DNA of 64,000 nt from Mobula hypostoma (taxonomy: Eukaryota), in the NCBI RefSeq assembly GCF_963921235.1, contig NC_086097.1, positions 147,748,001-147,812,000 of the forward strand, given 5' to 3'. This document shows, piece after piece, positions 51,060 through 64,000 of the stretch. The notes below the pieces were generated by a model. The model was not told where the DNA came from. It saw only the letters and a list, made by a program, of their open reading frames with translations, and searched no databases. The translations under genes and the position numbers were made by a program. Position 1 is the stretch's first letter, and every line of letters begins with the position of its first letter.

Positions 51060-53620
51060 GCTGTAGGTCAGGGATACAAGTCTGTTTAAGGAAATGGGAT
51101 TTTAGACTCCCAAGACCAACTTACCTTGCTGGAATTGAAGATCTCTGAACTAGAGTGCTGTATCAGAGGGACATTAAGACCGCCTGCATCCTTTGTTTCA
51201 TGGAATCCTGGTTAACTCCTCCTGTACCGGACACAACGATTCAGACTGACAGGTTCACTGTACAGTACACCATCAGGATAGGACTGTCAAGTCTCTGAAA
51301 AGCAGAGGTGGAGGTGTATGCCTCATGGTCAGCTCCCCTTGGTGCACAAATATAATTCTGATTACCAGACCTGGAATATCTCTAAATAAATGTCATTCAT
51401 TTGACCTGCCGTAGGAGATTTCTGTGATCATGTTGGTAACAGTGTACGTTCCACCTCAGGTCAATGTCAAACAGGCTTTAGATGATGTGAGCAATGGGAT
51501 CAACATGCATGAAACAGCATACTCTGACATCTTCATCATTTTTGGGGATTTTTAACTAGGCCAGCCTGAAAAAAATGACTAAATAATTATCATCAACAAA
51601 TCACTTGTAGTACTGGAAGAAACAGCACACTGGACCACTGTTATACCACCACTAAGAATGTTTACTGTGCTATTCTACACCCTCACTTTGGGAAGTCTAA
51701 TTACCTGGCTGTACTTCTACTCCCTAAGTAGAGGCAGAGATTGAAGACTGTAGCGCCAGAAGTGAGGACCAAGAAGGTATGGCCAAGGGAAGCACAGGAA
51801 TGCTTACAGGACTGCTTTCAATCAGTGGACTGGCCTGTATTCAGGGATTCATCTTTGAATCTGGATGAGTATGCCACAGTTGTTATTGATACCATTAAAG
51901 CCTGTGTAGATGAGTGTGTGCCTACGAAAACTTGCTATACGTGCCCAAACCAAAAGCTGTGGATGTACCAGGAGGTACATCACCTGCCGAGATTTGTGGC
52001 ATTTAAGTCTGGTGATCCAGGTCTGTACCAGTTATGACTTGCAGAGGGCTATTTCAAGGGCGAAGAGACAATTCTGAGCAAGGTTGGAGGTGACATTGGA
52101 TGCATGATAACTCTGACAGGTTTGCAAGACATTACTTCCTACAAAGCAAAACCCAATAGAATGAATGGCAGCGATGCTTCACTATCAGGTGGGCTCAATG
52201 CCTTCTATGCCCGCTTTGAAAGGGAGAATATAATTGCAGCTGTGAAGATCCCGGCTGCACCTGCTGATCCAGTGATTGTCTCAGAGGCCGATGTTAGGCT
52301 GTCTTCAAGGAGGGTCAATCCTCGCAAGGCAGCAGGCCCCGATGGAGTACCTGGTAAGGCTCTGAAAAAGTACCAACCAACTGGTGGGAGAATTCAAGGA
52401 TACTTTTCAACCTCTTACTGCTACAGTCGGAAGTGAGAACTACTTCACCTATTTCGAAAAGGCAACAATTATACCAGTGCCTAAGAAGAATAGTGTCAGC
52501 TGCTGTCCTCAGCAAGGACCTGGACCTACTGCAATTTGCCTATTGCTACAATAGGTCTGTGTTAGATGCAGTCTCAGTGGCTCTTCACATGGCATTACAT
52601 TCATCTGGATAATACAAACATTTACGTCACAATGCTGTTCGTTGACTATAGCTCAGCATTTAGCACCATCATTCCTATCACCCTGATTGATAAGTTACAG
52701 AATCTGGTCCTCTGGGCCTCCCCCTGCATTGGATCCTCGACTTCCAAACCGGAAGATCACAATTTGTGCGGAGTGGTGATAATACTTCCTCCTCGTTGAC
52801 GCTCAACACTGGTGCACCTTAGGGGTGTGTGTGCTTAGCCCACTGTTCTACTTTCTATTTACACATGACTGTGTGGCTAGGCATAGCTCAAATACCATCT
52901 ATGAATTTGCTGATGATGCAATCATTGTTGGTAGAATTTCAGATGGAAATGAGAGGGCGTACAGGAGCAAGATATATCAGCTAGTTGAGTGGTGTCGCAG
53001 CAACAACCTTGCACTCAATGTAAGAGGAAAGAGCTGATTGTGGACTTCACGAAGGGTAAAATGCAGAAACGCGAACCAGTTCTCATAGAAGGATCGGAAG
53101 TGAACAGAATGAGCAATTTCAGATTCCTGGGTGTCAATATCTCTGAGGATCTAACCTGGTCCCAACATATCGATGCAGCTATAAAGAAGGCAAGTCAGTG
53201 GCTATATTTCATTACGAGTTTGAAGAGATACGGTTTGTCAACTAAAACACTCAGGCTTCTATAGATGTACCGTGGAGAGCATTCTGACGCTGCATCACTG
53301 TTTGTTACGGGGGTGGCGGGGTGGGGGGGGGGGTCGGGGATGCTACTACACAGGACCGAAAGAAGCTACAAAGGACAAAATTAGTCATTTCTATCTTGGG
53401 TACTAGCCTCCGCAGTACCCATGACATCTTCAAGGTGCAGTGCTTCAGAAAGGCAACGTCCATTATCAAGGTCCTTCATCATCCAGGGAATGCCCTCTTG
53501 TCATTGTTACCTTCAGGAAGGAGATTCAGAAGCCTGAAGGCACACAGTCAGTGATTCAGGAACAGCTTCTTCCCCTTTGCCATACAATTCCTAAATGGAC
53601 ATTGAACCCATGAACACTAC
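51060..53620 (+). mobile_element. Degenerate near-full-length Rex1/Babar LINE (APE endonuclease and RT)
   Basis: Remnants [55 protein letters not shown] and LLPSGRRFRSL. Many frameshifts. Confidence 0.88.
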
Positions 53621-54090
53621 TTCACTTATTTTAAAAAGACATTATTTCTGTTTTTTGCACTATTATTAATTTATTCAATATACATATATACTTTAATTGA
53701 TCTATTTATTTGAATGAAGCAAGCTTCAAAATTTTATGAGGCACAGTTTTTTTGGGTATATTATGGTAAATGAAACCACATGAAAAGATGTGACAGTGGA
53801 CTATTAGTTAATTTAAAGTATTAATCCAAGTTTTACACATTGATATCCCTTAAAGGAGAGAAAAGAAAAACAGCAGGAAACATGCTGATCAAGAGCAATT
53901 GAAATGTTATTAGATTCAAAGAAAAACCTTGCTAAGAATACCAGTATATTGGTATTTTAGTGTCACATATCCCAGGGTTCAGTGAAAACTTTTGTTTTGC
54001 ATGCCATCCATACAGGTAATTTCATCCCATCAGTACGTCGAGGTAGTACAAGGGAAGAGTAAGTAAACCTAAGGATTTAGGTTTACTTAC

Positions 54091-54437
54091 CTCTGAATAT
54101 ACCCCTTGCCCATCCTCTGCGTTCCCCCCCCCCCCCGGTCTTTCTTCCCAGACCTCCTGTCCCATGATCCTCTTGTATCTCTTTTGCCAATCACCTGTCC
54201 AGCTCTTGGCTCCATCCCTCCCTCTCCTGTCTTCTCCTATCATTTTGGATCTCCCTCTCCCCCTCCCCCTCCAACTTTCAAATCTCTTACTAACTCTTCC
54301 TTCAGTTAGTCCTGACAAAGGGTCTCGGCCTGAAACGTCGACTCTACCTCTTCCTAGAGATGCTGCCTGGCCTGCTGCGTTCACCAGCAACTTTGATGTG
54401 TGTTGCTTGAATTTCCAGCATCTGCAGAATTCCTGTT
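54091..54437 (+). mobile_element. Penelope family B terminal fragment with a 16-bp TSD; hammerhead at 54307-54344 with a G8A change
   Basis: Near-identical to 44217-44557. TSD GTAAACCTAAGGATTT at 54063-54078 and 54438-54453. Confidence 0.88.
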
Positions 54438-54448
54438 GTAAACCTAAG

Positions 54449-54610
54449 GATTTGCAAGTTTTCAGTTCAGTAAATGCAGGGGGAGGGTGTGTGGCTAAGA
54501 TATTGATAAGGAAAGAAGTAGATCTGAAGATTTGAAGTTTTCACAGTTCAGTAAATGTGGGTGGAGTTGGGGGTGTGTAGCTAAGACATTGATAGGGAAA
54601 GAAGAAGACG
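54449..54610. repeat. Diverged tandem duplication of about 80 bp
   Basis: aagtttt(ca)cagttcagtaaatg...gggtgtgt.gctaaga.attgata.ggaaagaag occurs twice in succession. Confidence 0.75.
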
Positions 54611-55274
54611 AGTAGAGTTGTGACACATAAGAAATATTTAACAATTTCTGTAGAAGGAAAAGTAACTCTTGTATCTTTTCCCCCTCTTAAATCTATGCCC
54701 AATAGTTTAAAACTGATCATTCAGTTTATCTATGTCCCTCATGATTTATTTACCTTTACAAGTCAGCCCTCAGCTTCTAATATTTCAGGGAAAGCAGCAC
54801 CAGCCTATCGATTCTGTCCTTTATAACTCAAGCCCTCTAGTCTGAGGAAAATCTTTATGAATTTTTTCTGTGTCCCTTCATGCTTAGCCACACCTGCCCT
54901 AAATTACACTGAATATAACTGCACACGAGGCTCCTAATGTGGTGTCACCACCTCTTAAACAGCTGTAATGTGACAATGCAACTCTTGTACTCGGTGCCCT
55001 AACCAATGAAACCAGGTGTGCCTCTTAAGTTTCTCTGTTCTATAGCATTCTTCAGGGCCCTGCCATTTACTGTGCAAGGCCTGGCCCATTTTAACTTCCC
55101 AAAATAATAAGATATACAAACCGCGTTAGGCCATTTGGCCTGCCATTCAGTCATGGCTGATTTTTTTTCTCAAACCCATTCACGTGCTTGTTTCCTGTAA
55201 TCCTTAACCCTCTATACTTTAATCAAGAACCTATCACTCTCTGCTTTAAATACACATGACTTGGTTTCTGTTTT

Positions 55275-55580
55275 GGGCACGTGGCCAAGTGGTTAAGGCA
55301 TTGGGCTAGCTACCTGAAGGTTGTGAGTTTGAGCCCCAGCCGAGGGAACGTGTTATGTCCTTGAGCAAGGCATTTAATCACACATTGCCCTGCAACGACA
55401 CTGGTGCCAAGCTGTATGGGTCCTAATGCCCTTCCCTTGGACAACATTGGTGTCGTGGAGGGGGGAGACTTGCAGCATGGGCAACTGCTGGTCTTCCATA
55501 CAACCTTGCCGAGGCCTGTGCCCTGGAGAGTGAAGGTTTTCCAGGCGCAGATCCATGGTCTCGCAAGACTAACAGATGCT
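55275..55580 (+). mobile_element. tRNA-derived SINE
   Basis: A box TGGCCAAGTGG and B-box-like gAGTTTGAGCCC with tRNA spacing. Flanked by an approximate duplication of TGGTTTCT. Confidence 0.75.
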
Positions 55581-55738
55581 TTAAATGGTTTCTTTTGCAA
55601 CAAATTCTACAGGTTTAGCACCCTTTGGCTAGAGAAATTCCTCCTCATCTAACTTCTAAATTTCTAAGTGCAATATTTTCACATCTCAACTAAATTCCAT
55701 CTTTCATTCCTTGACCCACTTTTTCAGTTGACCTAGAT

Positions 55739-55821
55739 CAGGGGTTCCCAACTTTTTTTTAAACAACATGGACCAATACTATTAAATAAGGGGACTGTAG
55801 GTTCCAGGTTGGAAATCCCTG
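55739..55821. mobile_element. 83-bp hAT-Charlie-type MITE
   Basis: TIRs caggggttcccaac / gttggaaatccctg. 8-bp TSD acctagat / atctagat, close to the NTCTAGAN target consensus. Confidence 0.8.
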
Positions 55822-58074
55822 ATCTAGATCCTTTTGAAATCAGAAATATTCTTTTCTGTCCACTGGTGTCATCTGCAAAGTTATTAAACATAGTCTGCAT
55901 TCTCATCCAAAAACCAGCATGGATCTCAGTGGCACACCAGTATTCACATCTTAAACACAAGCCTCTACTACCAACCTCTTATTCCGGCCACCAGCAACAT
56001 TTGTTCATTTGGCTAGCTCACACTTGATGTCATATGATCTAACCTTTCAATCAGTCTACCATTCGTAATCTTGTAAAAGATCTTACCGAAGTCCGTATGG
56101 GTAATGTCTACTGCTTTGCCTCGTCAGTCATCTTGGTCAGTTCTTCAAAAACCTCAATCAAATTTGTGAGGCACAATTTCCACACACACAAGCCATACTG
56201 ACTTTCCTTAATCAATTCTTGATAAGAGAGATATAGTCCTGTAACATACCTATCCGCATGCAAGTAGAGCTTTTAACTCAGAATCACCTTTAGTAACTTT
56301 TCCACCACTCATATTAGGCTCACCAGTCTTTTGTTCCTTAGGTTTTCCTTGCAACCCTTCTTAAATAAAGACCCCCCAGCTTATACATCACCTGTAGCTA
56401 ACAATAGTACAAGTATTTTTGCTAAAACCCCTCCAGTTTTATCCATGGCTTCCTGCAATGTCATGGGATACACTTGGTCAGGCTCTAAGGATTTATCCGC
56501 CTTTATGCACTTTAACATTGCTAGTGCTCCTATTTTGTAATGTACATATTTATTTCTTTTATTATTTGTGTTTTTATTATTTTACTTTTCAAGACAGCAC
56601 TGTTCTCTTCCCTGACTTTCTCCACAGTAAATACAGATGAGAAGTATTTATTTTAATTCTCAGATTTCTCTTCACTTCACTCATAGACAATCACACTGAC
56701 CTTAAAGAAGACCACCTCTCTCCCTACATGCCCTCTTGTTCTTGCCCTCGTATCTCGTTAGATTCTCTTTTCTCTTGTTTGCAAAGCTGTCTCATCTTCT
56801 TTTTGTCCTCCTGATTTCCGTCTTAACTTTACTCCACTCAAGGGATTTGCTTGATCCCAGCTCCTTATACCTGACATATGCATCCTTTTCCCTGACCAGA
56901 CCCTCAGGATCCTTTGTTATTAACACAGTTCCCTAATCTTGTTAGCCCTGCCCTTCACTGTAACAGGGACACCCTGATGTTTTACTGGCTGGGTTGTTTA
57001 GAACCAGGGTTATATTCTCAAAAGTATGGAGTCAGCTATTCAAGATGGAAGTGAGAAGAAGTTGCTTTGCCTGTAGGATGGTGAAGTTTTTGAAATCAGA
57101 GTTCATTGAATTAAGCTATAAAATGATAATTTTTAAATTAAATATTATGGAGTTAATGCCGGGAAATGGCCATGAGGTGAAAGATCACCCATAACCCTAT
57201 AGAATAATGGAGTAAGTGCAAAGAGCCCAATGACCAACTCTTGTTTCTGTATCTTGCGTTGTTCTGGAGATTTTATTCTGGTTATATGTCCACTCCTGAC
57301 CTAGGACCTGGTTTTTGTGTGTTATAGCTTGTGTGCTTAGGTGCTTTAATGGCAGTTTAAATGGAGGATTGGTCAATGCATAGAAAAAAGAGTGGAAATT
57401 GACAGATCAACAAGTCACTGTTGGAATGCATAGTGTTGAATATCATGCATCTGCTAGCTCTTAGAAATCTGAGTGATGATTGGCTCTGCAGACTTCTGTC
57501 CATAATACACCTAATACATCAACAGTAAAAGAAATGCTTTGCATGTTCCGCACCTCTGATTATCTGTCAAATTCCCTTTCTAAAATATTTATGAAGTTGG
57601 ATTCTAGCATCTTTTATAGGCAGTGGATTCTTGAGGATGCCAAATGCAATTTTCCTCATTGCTTCTCTTAATTTTCTGTTCATAATTTTAAATCTATTGC
57701 CTCTAGTTATTGATCCATATGCTGTAGGCAATGCTATTTTCTACCAACACTTAAAACCTCTCTGCGCATTGTTCTTTTCTGCAGATTATAGTAATTAATC
57801 TTGTAGTTCTACCATTGAGTTTGGAATGTTTTCCTCAAGTTTTAGTGATAGAACTCACCAGAATATGTAGCTACACCAAAACATTTGTGTTTTGGTATGA
57901 ATTTCTTTGACTTCTAATTGAGCTATATATTTTTCAAAAAAATGTATGCGTGGAGCATCTTCCACATTCTCTACAGCCAATAACAATGACTCACTGCAGT
58001 ATGTTAATATTTTAAATGGGAAAACTGAAAATGGGGAGAGATGGCAATGAATTTCATAGTTGGCACTTCCTACT

Positions 58075-58928
58075 TGAAGATCACGTGAGCACAGTCAGCA
58101 TCGGAGGGAGGAACATCACAAACCTAAGATTTGCTGATGACATTGATGGACTTGCAGGAAAAGAGGACGAACTGGCCAATCTGGTCAGCCATCTTGACAG
58201 AGCCTCCACAAAGTTTGGAATGGAAATAAGTGCTGAGAAAACCAAGCTGATAGCAAATGCCAACGGTGCCATCACAACAGACATTTCAGTCCATGGTCAG
58301 AAACTTGAGAGTGCAACAGTTCAAATACCTGAGGGCATGAAGGATCAAGACCAGAAGTCCTGGCAAGAACCGCGCAGACAATGACTACCCTATCCAAACT
58401 CAAGACAATATGCAGTGACAACAGCATCACCTTGAAGTACAAGATCAGACTTCTGCATGCATTGGTATTCTCCATCTTCCTGTACGCATGTGAGACATGG
58501 ACCCTCACAGCAGAGCTACAGAGGAAGATACAGGCATTGGAAATGAGGTGCTATCGCAACATCTCGGGCATCTCATACTTGGACCACATCACAAACGAGC
58601 AGGTCCGCAAGACCATACAGCACCACATTGGCCCCCGTGAAGACCTTCTCACAACAGTGAAGAAACAAGCTGAGATGCTATGGCCACGTAACAAGATCCA
58701 GTGGCCTTGCAAAGACCATTCTACAAGGAACTGTGGAGGGGAAAAGAAGGAGAGGTAGACAGAGGAAAAGATGGATGGACAACATTAAAGAATGGACAGG
58801 GAAAACACTTGCGGTGACCTAGGCTCTGGTACACAACCGCGACAGATGGAACAGATTGGTGCAAAGTTTGTCATGACGGCGCCCCGATGACTCCACCGGG
58901 AGTTAAGGGTGCAAGGAAGGAAGGAAGG
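58075..58928 (+). mobile_element. RTE-clade LINE 3' fragment with a (GGAA)n tail
   Basis: ITNLRFADDIDGLA, GMEISAEKTK, YACETWTL and ALEMRCYR, followed by a short tandem-repeat tail. Confidence 0.85.
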
Positions 58929-59339
58929 ACTTCCTACAAAAAGAAGTCAGTATGGTCTCACTATAAAGCAGATATTCCATAGGGGTCGACAATGGATTTT
59001 GTGTCCCAGCTTGATACACAAGCCAGGGCAGTACAATATGCAGAGCAAGCTGTTGCTCGTGTAGCAGGCACCCACCTCTACACGTAGCTGATGAATCCAA
59101 AGGAGTGGCAGAGACCATTACAGTTTGGCATCAGCATAGGACTGCCTTAGGGACTTCAGCTCTGGAGTTTTCCTTGCGGTTTACTCCTGAAGCAACCTTC
59201 CCTCTAACTTTTTTTTACAACTGCGCGGACCAACCATTGTTCTGAGCAGGAAATTTTTACACAGCCTAAAAACTGCAAGGCACTTCGAATTTTTTTTTTG
59301 TAATATGCACACCAACATATGCACATTTGTTTGCACGTG

Positions 59340-60570
59340 ATCTGGAGGGGGACTAATATCCTAGTGGGAAGGTTTGCTAATACTGCATGGGCGGGGGTTT
59401 AAACTAGAGTTGCAGAGGGAGGGAATGAGAGTGCCAGCACCATTAATAGTGTGATTGTGGGGACAGATGTTAAACCTCAGACAATGTCAGGAAGCAAAAG
59501 CTTGAGCATGGTGAGTCTAATGTTCTGAGTTGCGTATATTTTAATGCAAGTTGTAGGAAAGGTAGATGAGTTTAAGGCTTGGATCAATACATGGAATTAT
59601 GATATTGTATCCGTTGGTGAGACTTGGTTGCAGGAGGGGCAGGACTGGCAGTTCAATATTCTGGGGTTCTGTTGTTTTAGACTTGATGGAGCTGGAGAGA
59701 TTAAAGGGGGAGGAGTGTTATTACTAGTCAGGGAAAAGGTCTCAGTACATAGAAGTCCCAATGAGTGAGTGTGCAATACTTGATCTCCTACTAGGGATGA
59801 GACACAGCAGATGACAGAAGTTTAAGAAGCAGGACACTACATTGAGCAATCATAATGCCATTAGTTTCTAGGTAATTATGGAAAAGGATAGGTCTGGTCC
59901 TTGGGTTGAGATTCTGAATTGGAGAAAGGCTAATTTTGAAGGTATCTGAAATAATCTGGCAAATATGGATTGAGACAGGAAAGTGTGTTGGTAAGTGGGA
60001 GGCATTCAAAAATGAAATTTTGAGAATACAATGCTTGAATGTGCCTTTCAGGATAAAACCAAGCATAAAAGGTTTAGGGTTTTGAGAGGTATTCAGGCTT
60101 TGGTTTTTTTTAAAAAAAAAAAGGAGATGCATAGCAGGTATAGGCAGGTAGGAACAAGTGAGGTACTTGAGTAAAAGAAGTGCAAGAGAATACTTAAGAA
60201 AAAAGTCAGAAGGGCTAAAAGAAGGCATATGTTTGCTCTAGCAGACAAGATGGAGCAGAACTCTAATGGCTCCTACAGGTATGTTGAGAACAAAAGGATT
60301 GCGACGAACAGAATTGGTCCTCTGAAAGATCAGAATGGTAATCTTTGCATGGAGCCAAAAGATATGGATGAGATCTTAATTGTTTTTTTTTGCATCTGTA
60401 TTAAGCCAGGAGACGGACACAGAGTCTATAGAAGTGAGGCAAAGCAGCAGTGAGGTCATGGACCCTACACATTACAGAGGAGGAAGTGTTTGCTGTCTTG
60501 GGGCAAATTTGGGTGAACAAATCCCCAGGGCCTGACAAGGTGTTCCCTCATCCTGGGAGAGGCAAGCGCA
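59340..60570 (+). mobile_element. Degenerate CR1 fragment (endonuclease N-terminus to RT start)
   Basis: YDIV.V.ETWL and KGGGV.LLVRE (APE domain), IGPLKDQNG and KSPGPD. Confidence 0.8.
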
Positions 60571-60714
60571 GAAATATCTTGCATTGGGATTGGGAGTATA
60601 TCTAGTTTAGCTTGACTTTATTCTTGCATCCAAAGAAGTGATGATGTTTAGTAGTTACACTGCATGATTTCACTTAAGAGTGTTTATATTTATATTAATG
60701 TTATTTCTTGCTAG

Positions 60715-60911
60715 CTCACCGACTGAGAAGAAGATTAACGTTGGTGGCTTCCCGGTTATGAAAAGTCGTTACTTACTCGTAAAGAAAAGCCCAGTACATG
60801 GGAAATCAACCCCTGTTCTAAAAAGGACACCTGGCAAAGGGCTTGTGCAAATCAGCAAACATAGGTTGCAGAGGCTACCAGCATCAGCACTGCATGTCAG
60901 TGCAAAACAAG
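60715..60911 (+). CDS. ZC3H3: ZC3H3 exon 3: SPTEKKINVGGFPVMKSRYLLVKKSPVHGKSTPVLKRTPGKGLVQISKHRLQRLPASALHVSAKQ
   Basis: ctag acceptor, gtaggg donor. Phase 2 matches the end of exon 2. GKS.PVLK.TP.KGLVQ..HRL.RLP is the recalled ZC3H3 motif. The CCCH zinc-finger exons lie beyond the window. Confidence 0.9.
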
Positions 60912-61139
60912 GTAGGGAGTTGATGCCAAATTGAAGTGATTTTTTTGGCAATGTGCTAAGAGGTTCTCTACTATTCACGCTGGGAATCCTACAAGACTTG
61001 GGCTTGTAGTGTCAATGGACTGATGAAGTGCATGGTCTATCGATTTTGCTTTTTGTCAGCTTGTTTATCACATATTTCAATGATAGCATTGTTGGATATT
61101 CATATCAGAAAATTTCTTTCAGTTGCCCTATTGCTATTG

Positions 61140-62870
61140 GGAGTATTCTCTAGGCTCTCCAGTAGCAACAGGAACACTGAGGGAACGGATCAATAGGCAG
61201 ATTTTTGAAAGTTGCAAAAGTAACTGGGCTGATCTCATGGGTGACATCAACTTCCCTAATATTGATTTGCACCTCCTTAGTGCAAGAGTTTTAGATGGGG
61301 CAGGATTTACTAGGTGTGTCCAGGAAGGATTCCTGACAGAATATGTGGACAGACAGGCTGACTAGAAGAGAAGCCATACTGGATCTAAGAACTAGGCAGT
61401 GGACCTAGTCGGGTGGTAGATCTCTAGGTGGGTGAGTATTTCAGAGTCAGTGACCCCAACTTCCTGACCTTTAGCATAACTTTGGACAAGTATAGGTGCA
61501 AATCATATGAGAAAGTACTGAAGAGGGAGGGATAATAATGATGCTTAGGATTCTGGATAGGCTTGGTCCATTGAGGCGGGGAGAGGATGGTAGAATGAAG
61601 GAATCATGGTTAACAAGAGGAGTGGAACATTTAGTCAAGAGGAAGAAGGAAGCATGATTAAGATTTAGGAGGCCAAGGTCAGATGAGGCTCTTCAGAGTT
61701 ATAAGGAGGTCAGTAAGGGCCTTAAGAGAGCTAGAAGGGGAGATCAGAAGGCCTTTGAGTAGGTATAAGGAAAGCTCCAATGCACTCTAAATGTTTGTAA
61801 GAAACAGGAGGATGGTAAGAGTGAGGGTAGAACAGATTGGGGATAAAAGAGGAAACATTGTGCTTGAAGTCAGACGAGGCAGGAGAGGCGCTTAATAAAT
61901 ACTTTGCTTCAGTATTCACCAGCGAGAGGGATCTTGATGAATGTAAAGTCACTGTAGAATAGGCTAATATGCTGGAACATGTCAACATTAAGAAAGAATA
62001 TGTTAGGAACTAAAAAATTACTTCCTTGGGCTCGATGAGATATACCCCAGGTTACTACAGGAAGTGAGAGGCCACGGTAGAACAACCAGAAGACTGGAGG
62101 ATGGCAAATCTTATTCATTGGTCCAAGAAGGGTAATGGGGATAATCCTGGGAATTAGACTAGTGAGTGGGCAGTTCGGAAGAATAGAGACATTTTGGGTT
62201 CCACTTCCATCGATCACTCAAAGTTGCCGTGCAAGTTGATAAGGTGTCCAAGAAAGCATTTGGTCTGTCTTCATTAGTGCGGAAATTGAGAGCCATGCAA
62301 TAATGTTGCAGCTCTATAAAATTCTTATTAGACCATATTTAGAGTATTGCGTTCAGTTCTAGTCACCTCATTATAGGAAGGATGTGGAAGCTTTGGAGGG
62401 GGTGTGGAGGAGATTTACCAGCATGCTTCCAGGGTAAGAGAACATGTCTTATGAGGAAAGGTTGATCAAGCTGGCTTTTTTGAGTGAAGAGGGATGAGAG
62501 TGACTTGATAGCACTGTGTAAAGATAAGTGGCATAGGATGGACAGCCAGTGCCTTTTTGTAGCCATGTTGGTAATGGCTAATACAGAGGGCATAATATTA
62601 AGTTGTTTGGTGGAAAGAATAGGGAGGGATGTCAGAGGTAGGCTTTTTACACAGAGGGGTTAATGCACGGAACACACTGCCAGGAATGGTAATAGAGGCA
62701 AATACTTTAGGGAAATTTAAGAGACTCTTGGGTAGTCACATTGATGAAAGAAAAATAGAGGGCTATGTGGAAGGGAAGGGTCAGATTGATCTTGGAGTAG
62801 GTTAAAAGGACTCTCCAACATCATAGGCCAAAGGGGCTATACTCTGCTATATTGTTCTATGTCGATGTTC
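61140..62870 (+). mobile_element. Degenerate CR1 fragment with internal deletions
   Basis: MGDINFPNID, CVQEGFL.EYVD, NKYFASVF and EYCVQF, followed by a 3' tail. Confidence 0.8.
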
Positions 62871-63018
62871 TATATAATCAACAAAGCTTGAAGGGGAAGA
62901 GAATTGTAGTGAAGCTTATTTTGGGAAATTGGTCCACAGTTGCATGTTTGTCCAACATGGCACATGTAATCCAGCGATAGCCCAGCAAAGTTAAGCTTGG
63001 TGGACTTGTATAGATAAC

Positions 63019-63260
63019 CACAAAATTCTGGAGGAACTCAGCGAGTTGGGCAGCATCTGTCGGGGGAAGGGGGTGGAATAAACAGTCTGTGTTTTGGTCC
63101 AAGACCATTCATCAGAACTTAGTATGTTCGTGATGAAGGCTCTTAGTCTGAATCATCAACTGTTTACTTCCCTCCTTGGATGTTTCCTGACTTGAGTTTC
63201 TCCAGCATTTTTTGTGTGTGTGTGTCTCGACTTCCAGAATCTGCAGAATCTCTTGTGTTT
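63019..63260. mobile_element. Short fold-back Penelope-derived element with two back-to-back decayed hammerheads
   Basis: Inverted arms. Minus-strand core at about 63083-63119 (ttcatcagaac) and plus-strand core at about 63127-63162. Ends with the PLE 3' terminus ctgcagaatctcttgtgttt. Confidence 0.7.
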
Positions 63261-64000
63261 GCAAAGATAACCTTTTTTTCTCTTAAAAAGTGGTATTTTA
63301 TCAGAACCTTCCTACCTTCACATACCAAAGGATATTCAGATTGTGGAACCGTCAAGAGAGTTTGGTAATCATACTGTGTCTGGTGCTAAAATATAAGTAA
63401 CATTTAAAATTACAATTATTTCCTCTTTGTGCACAGAATGGACTCAATTCCCTTGATGATTCTGCTAGTTGAATATTTTTGTGCTTCTATTGCACTCTTC
63501 TATATTGATTAAATATCAGTTAACAAAGCATAGATGAAGGACTCGACCTTCATTTTGCCTGTTCGTCCATCTCTATGCCACATTTGATTTTATATTGATC
63601 CCCTGAGCCAGCAGGGGAAGAGTTTAGTGAAAGATTGCTCATAAGGTTAAGGTGTATGGGGAGTAAATTTGCCATATGTCGCCTTGGAGAGGCTCTTCTG
63701 ATTTACCTTTGTTTTCACTATGTAATTATTGGGTGTGGAGAATATGACTGATAAGTGAATACATTGCAGATAAAGTTAGGAACTGAGAGACTCTTAGGAA
63801 GACTGCTAAACAATAACAAACAGCCACCAAAGGCCTCCAGAATTGTTCACTTGTTCTGCAGTTCTCTCAGCTAATTGATTGCCCAATTTTTTCTTTATGT
63901 GAAAAGAGACAGATATCAAGTAATTTGCAGCAATAATGTGCTTGCACTTGGCCTGCTCTATCTCTGTGTTCATTTCCGATTGCAGAAGAAATGCTAATAT

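Larger units (their letters stand above)
54750..56960 (-). mobile_element. Old antisense CR1 region with nested younger insertions
   Basis: Reverse-complement CR1 RT remnants (NFADDT on the minus strand at about 55860-55885), interrupted by a second CR1 3' end, a SINE and a MITE. Confidence 0.65.

Noticed and set aside
55275..55345. tRNA gene-like sequence (also 6530-6604 on the minus strand)
   Set aside because: A and B boxes are present but there is no proper cloverleaf or acceptor stem, and each continues into a SINE body.

Overview
Vertebrate genomic DNA, most likely from a cartilaginous fish (ray or skate; inferred from the repeat families). Two spliced + strand genes lie in tandem: the last seven coding exons of rhophilin-1 (RHPN1; BRO1 end, PDZ domain, C-tail; 836-29562) and the CpG-rich promoter plus first three coding exons of ZC3H3 (from 38137). 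Most of the remaining sequence is transposon-derived: CR1 LINEs (one young 5'-truncated copy with an open RT frame), Rex1/Babar, RTE, Tx1, Penelope-like elements (PLEs), tRNA-derived SINEs, a hAT element carrying minisatellites, Tc1 and hAT MITEs, and a rearranged Sleeping Beauty-family Tc1 element. The main points of interest are: (1) a dispersed family of minimal type-I hammerhead ribozyme motifs carried by PLEs and by small fold-back PLE derivatives, two with an intact catalytic core and in sense orientation within introns; (2) a Sleeping Beauty-like element very similar to the salmonid one, suggesting horizontal transfer, whose left end has been replaced by an inverted copy of its right end; (3) an in-frame TGA in the last RHPN1 exon, followed by 27 codons that still look like a rhophilin C-terminus. 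Family and orthologue assignments are by eye and from recall, not from database searches, and the boundaries of old repeats are approximate.
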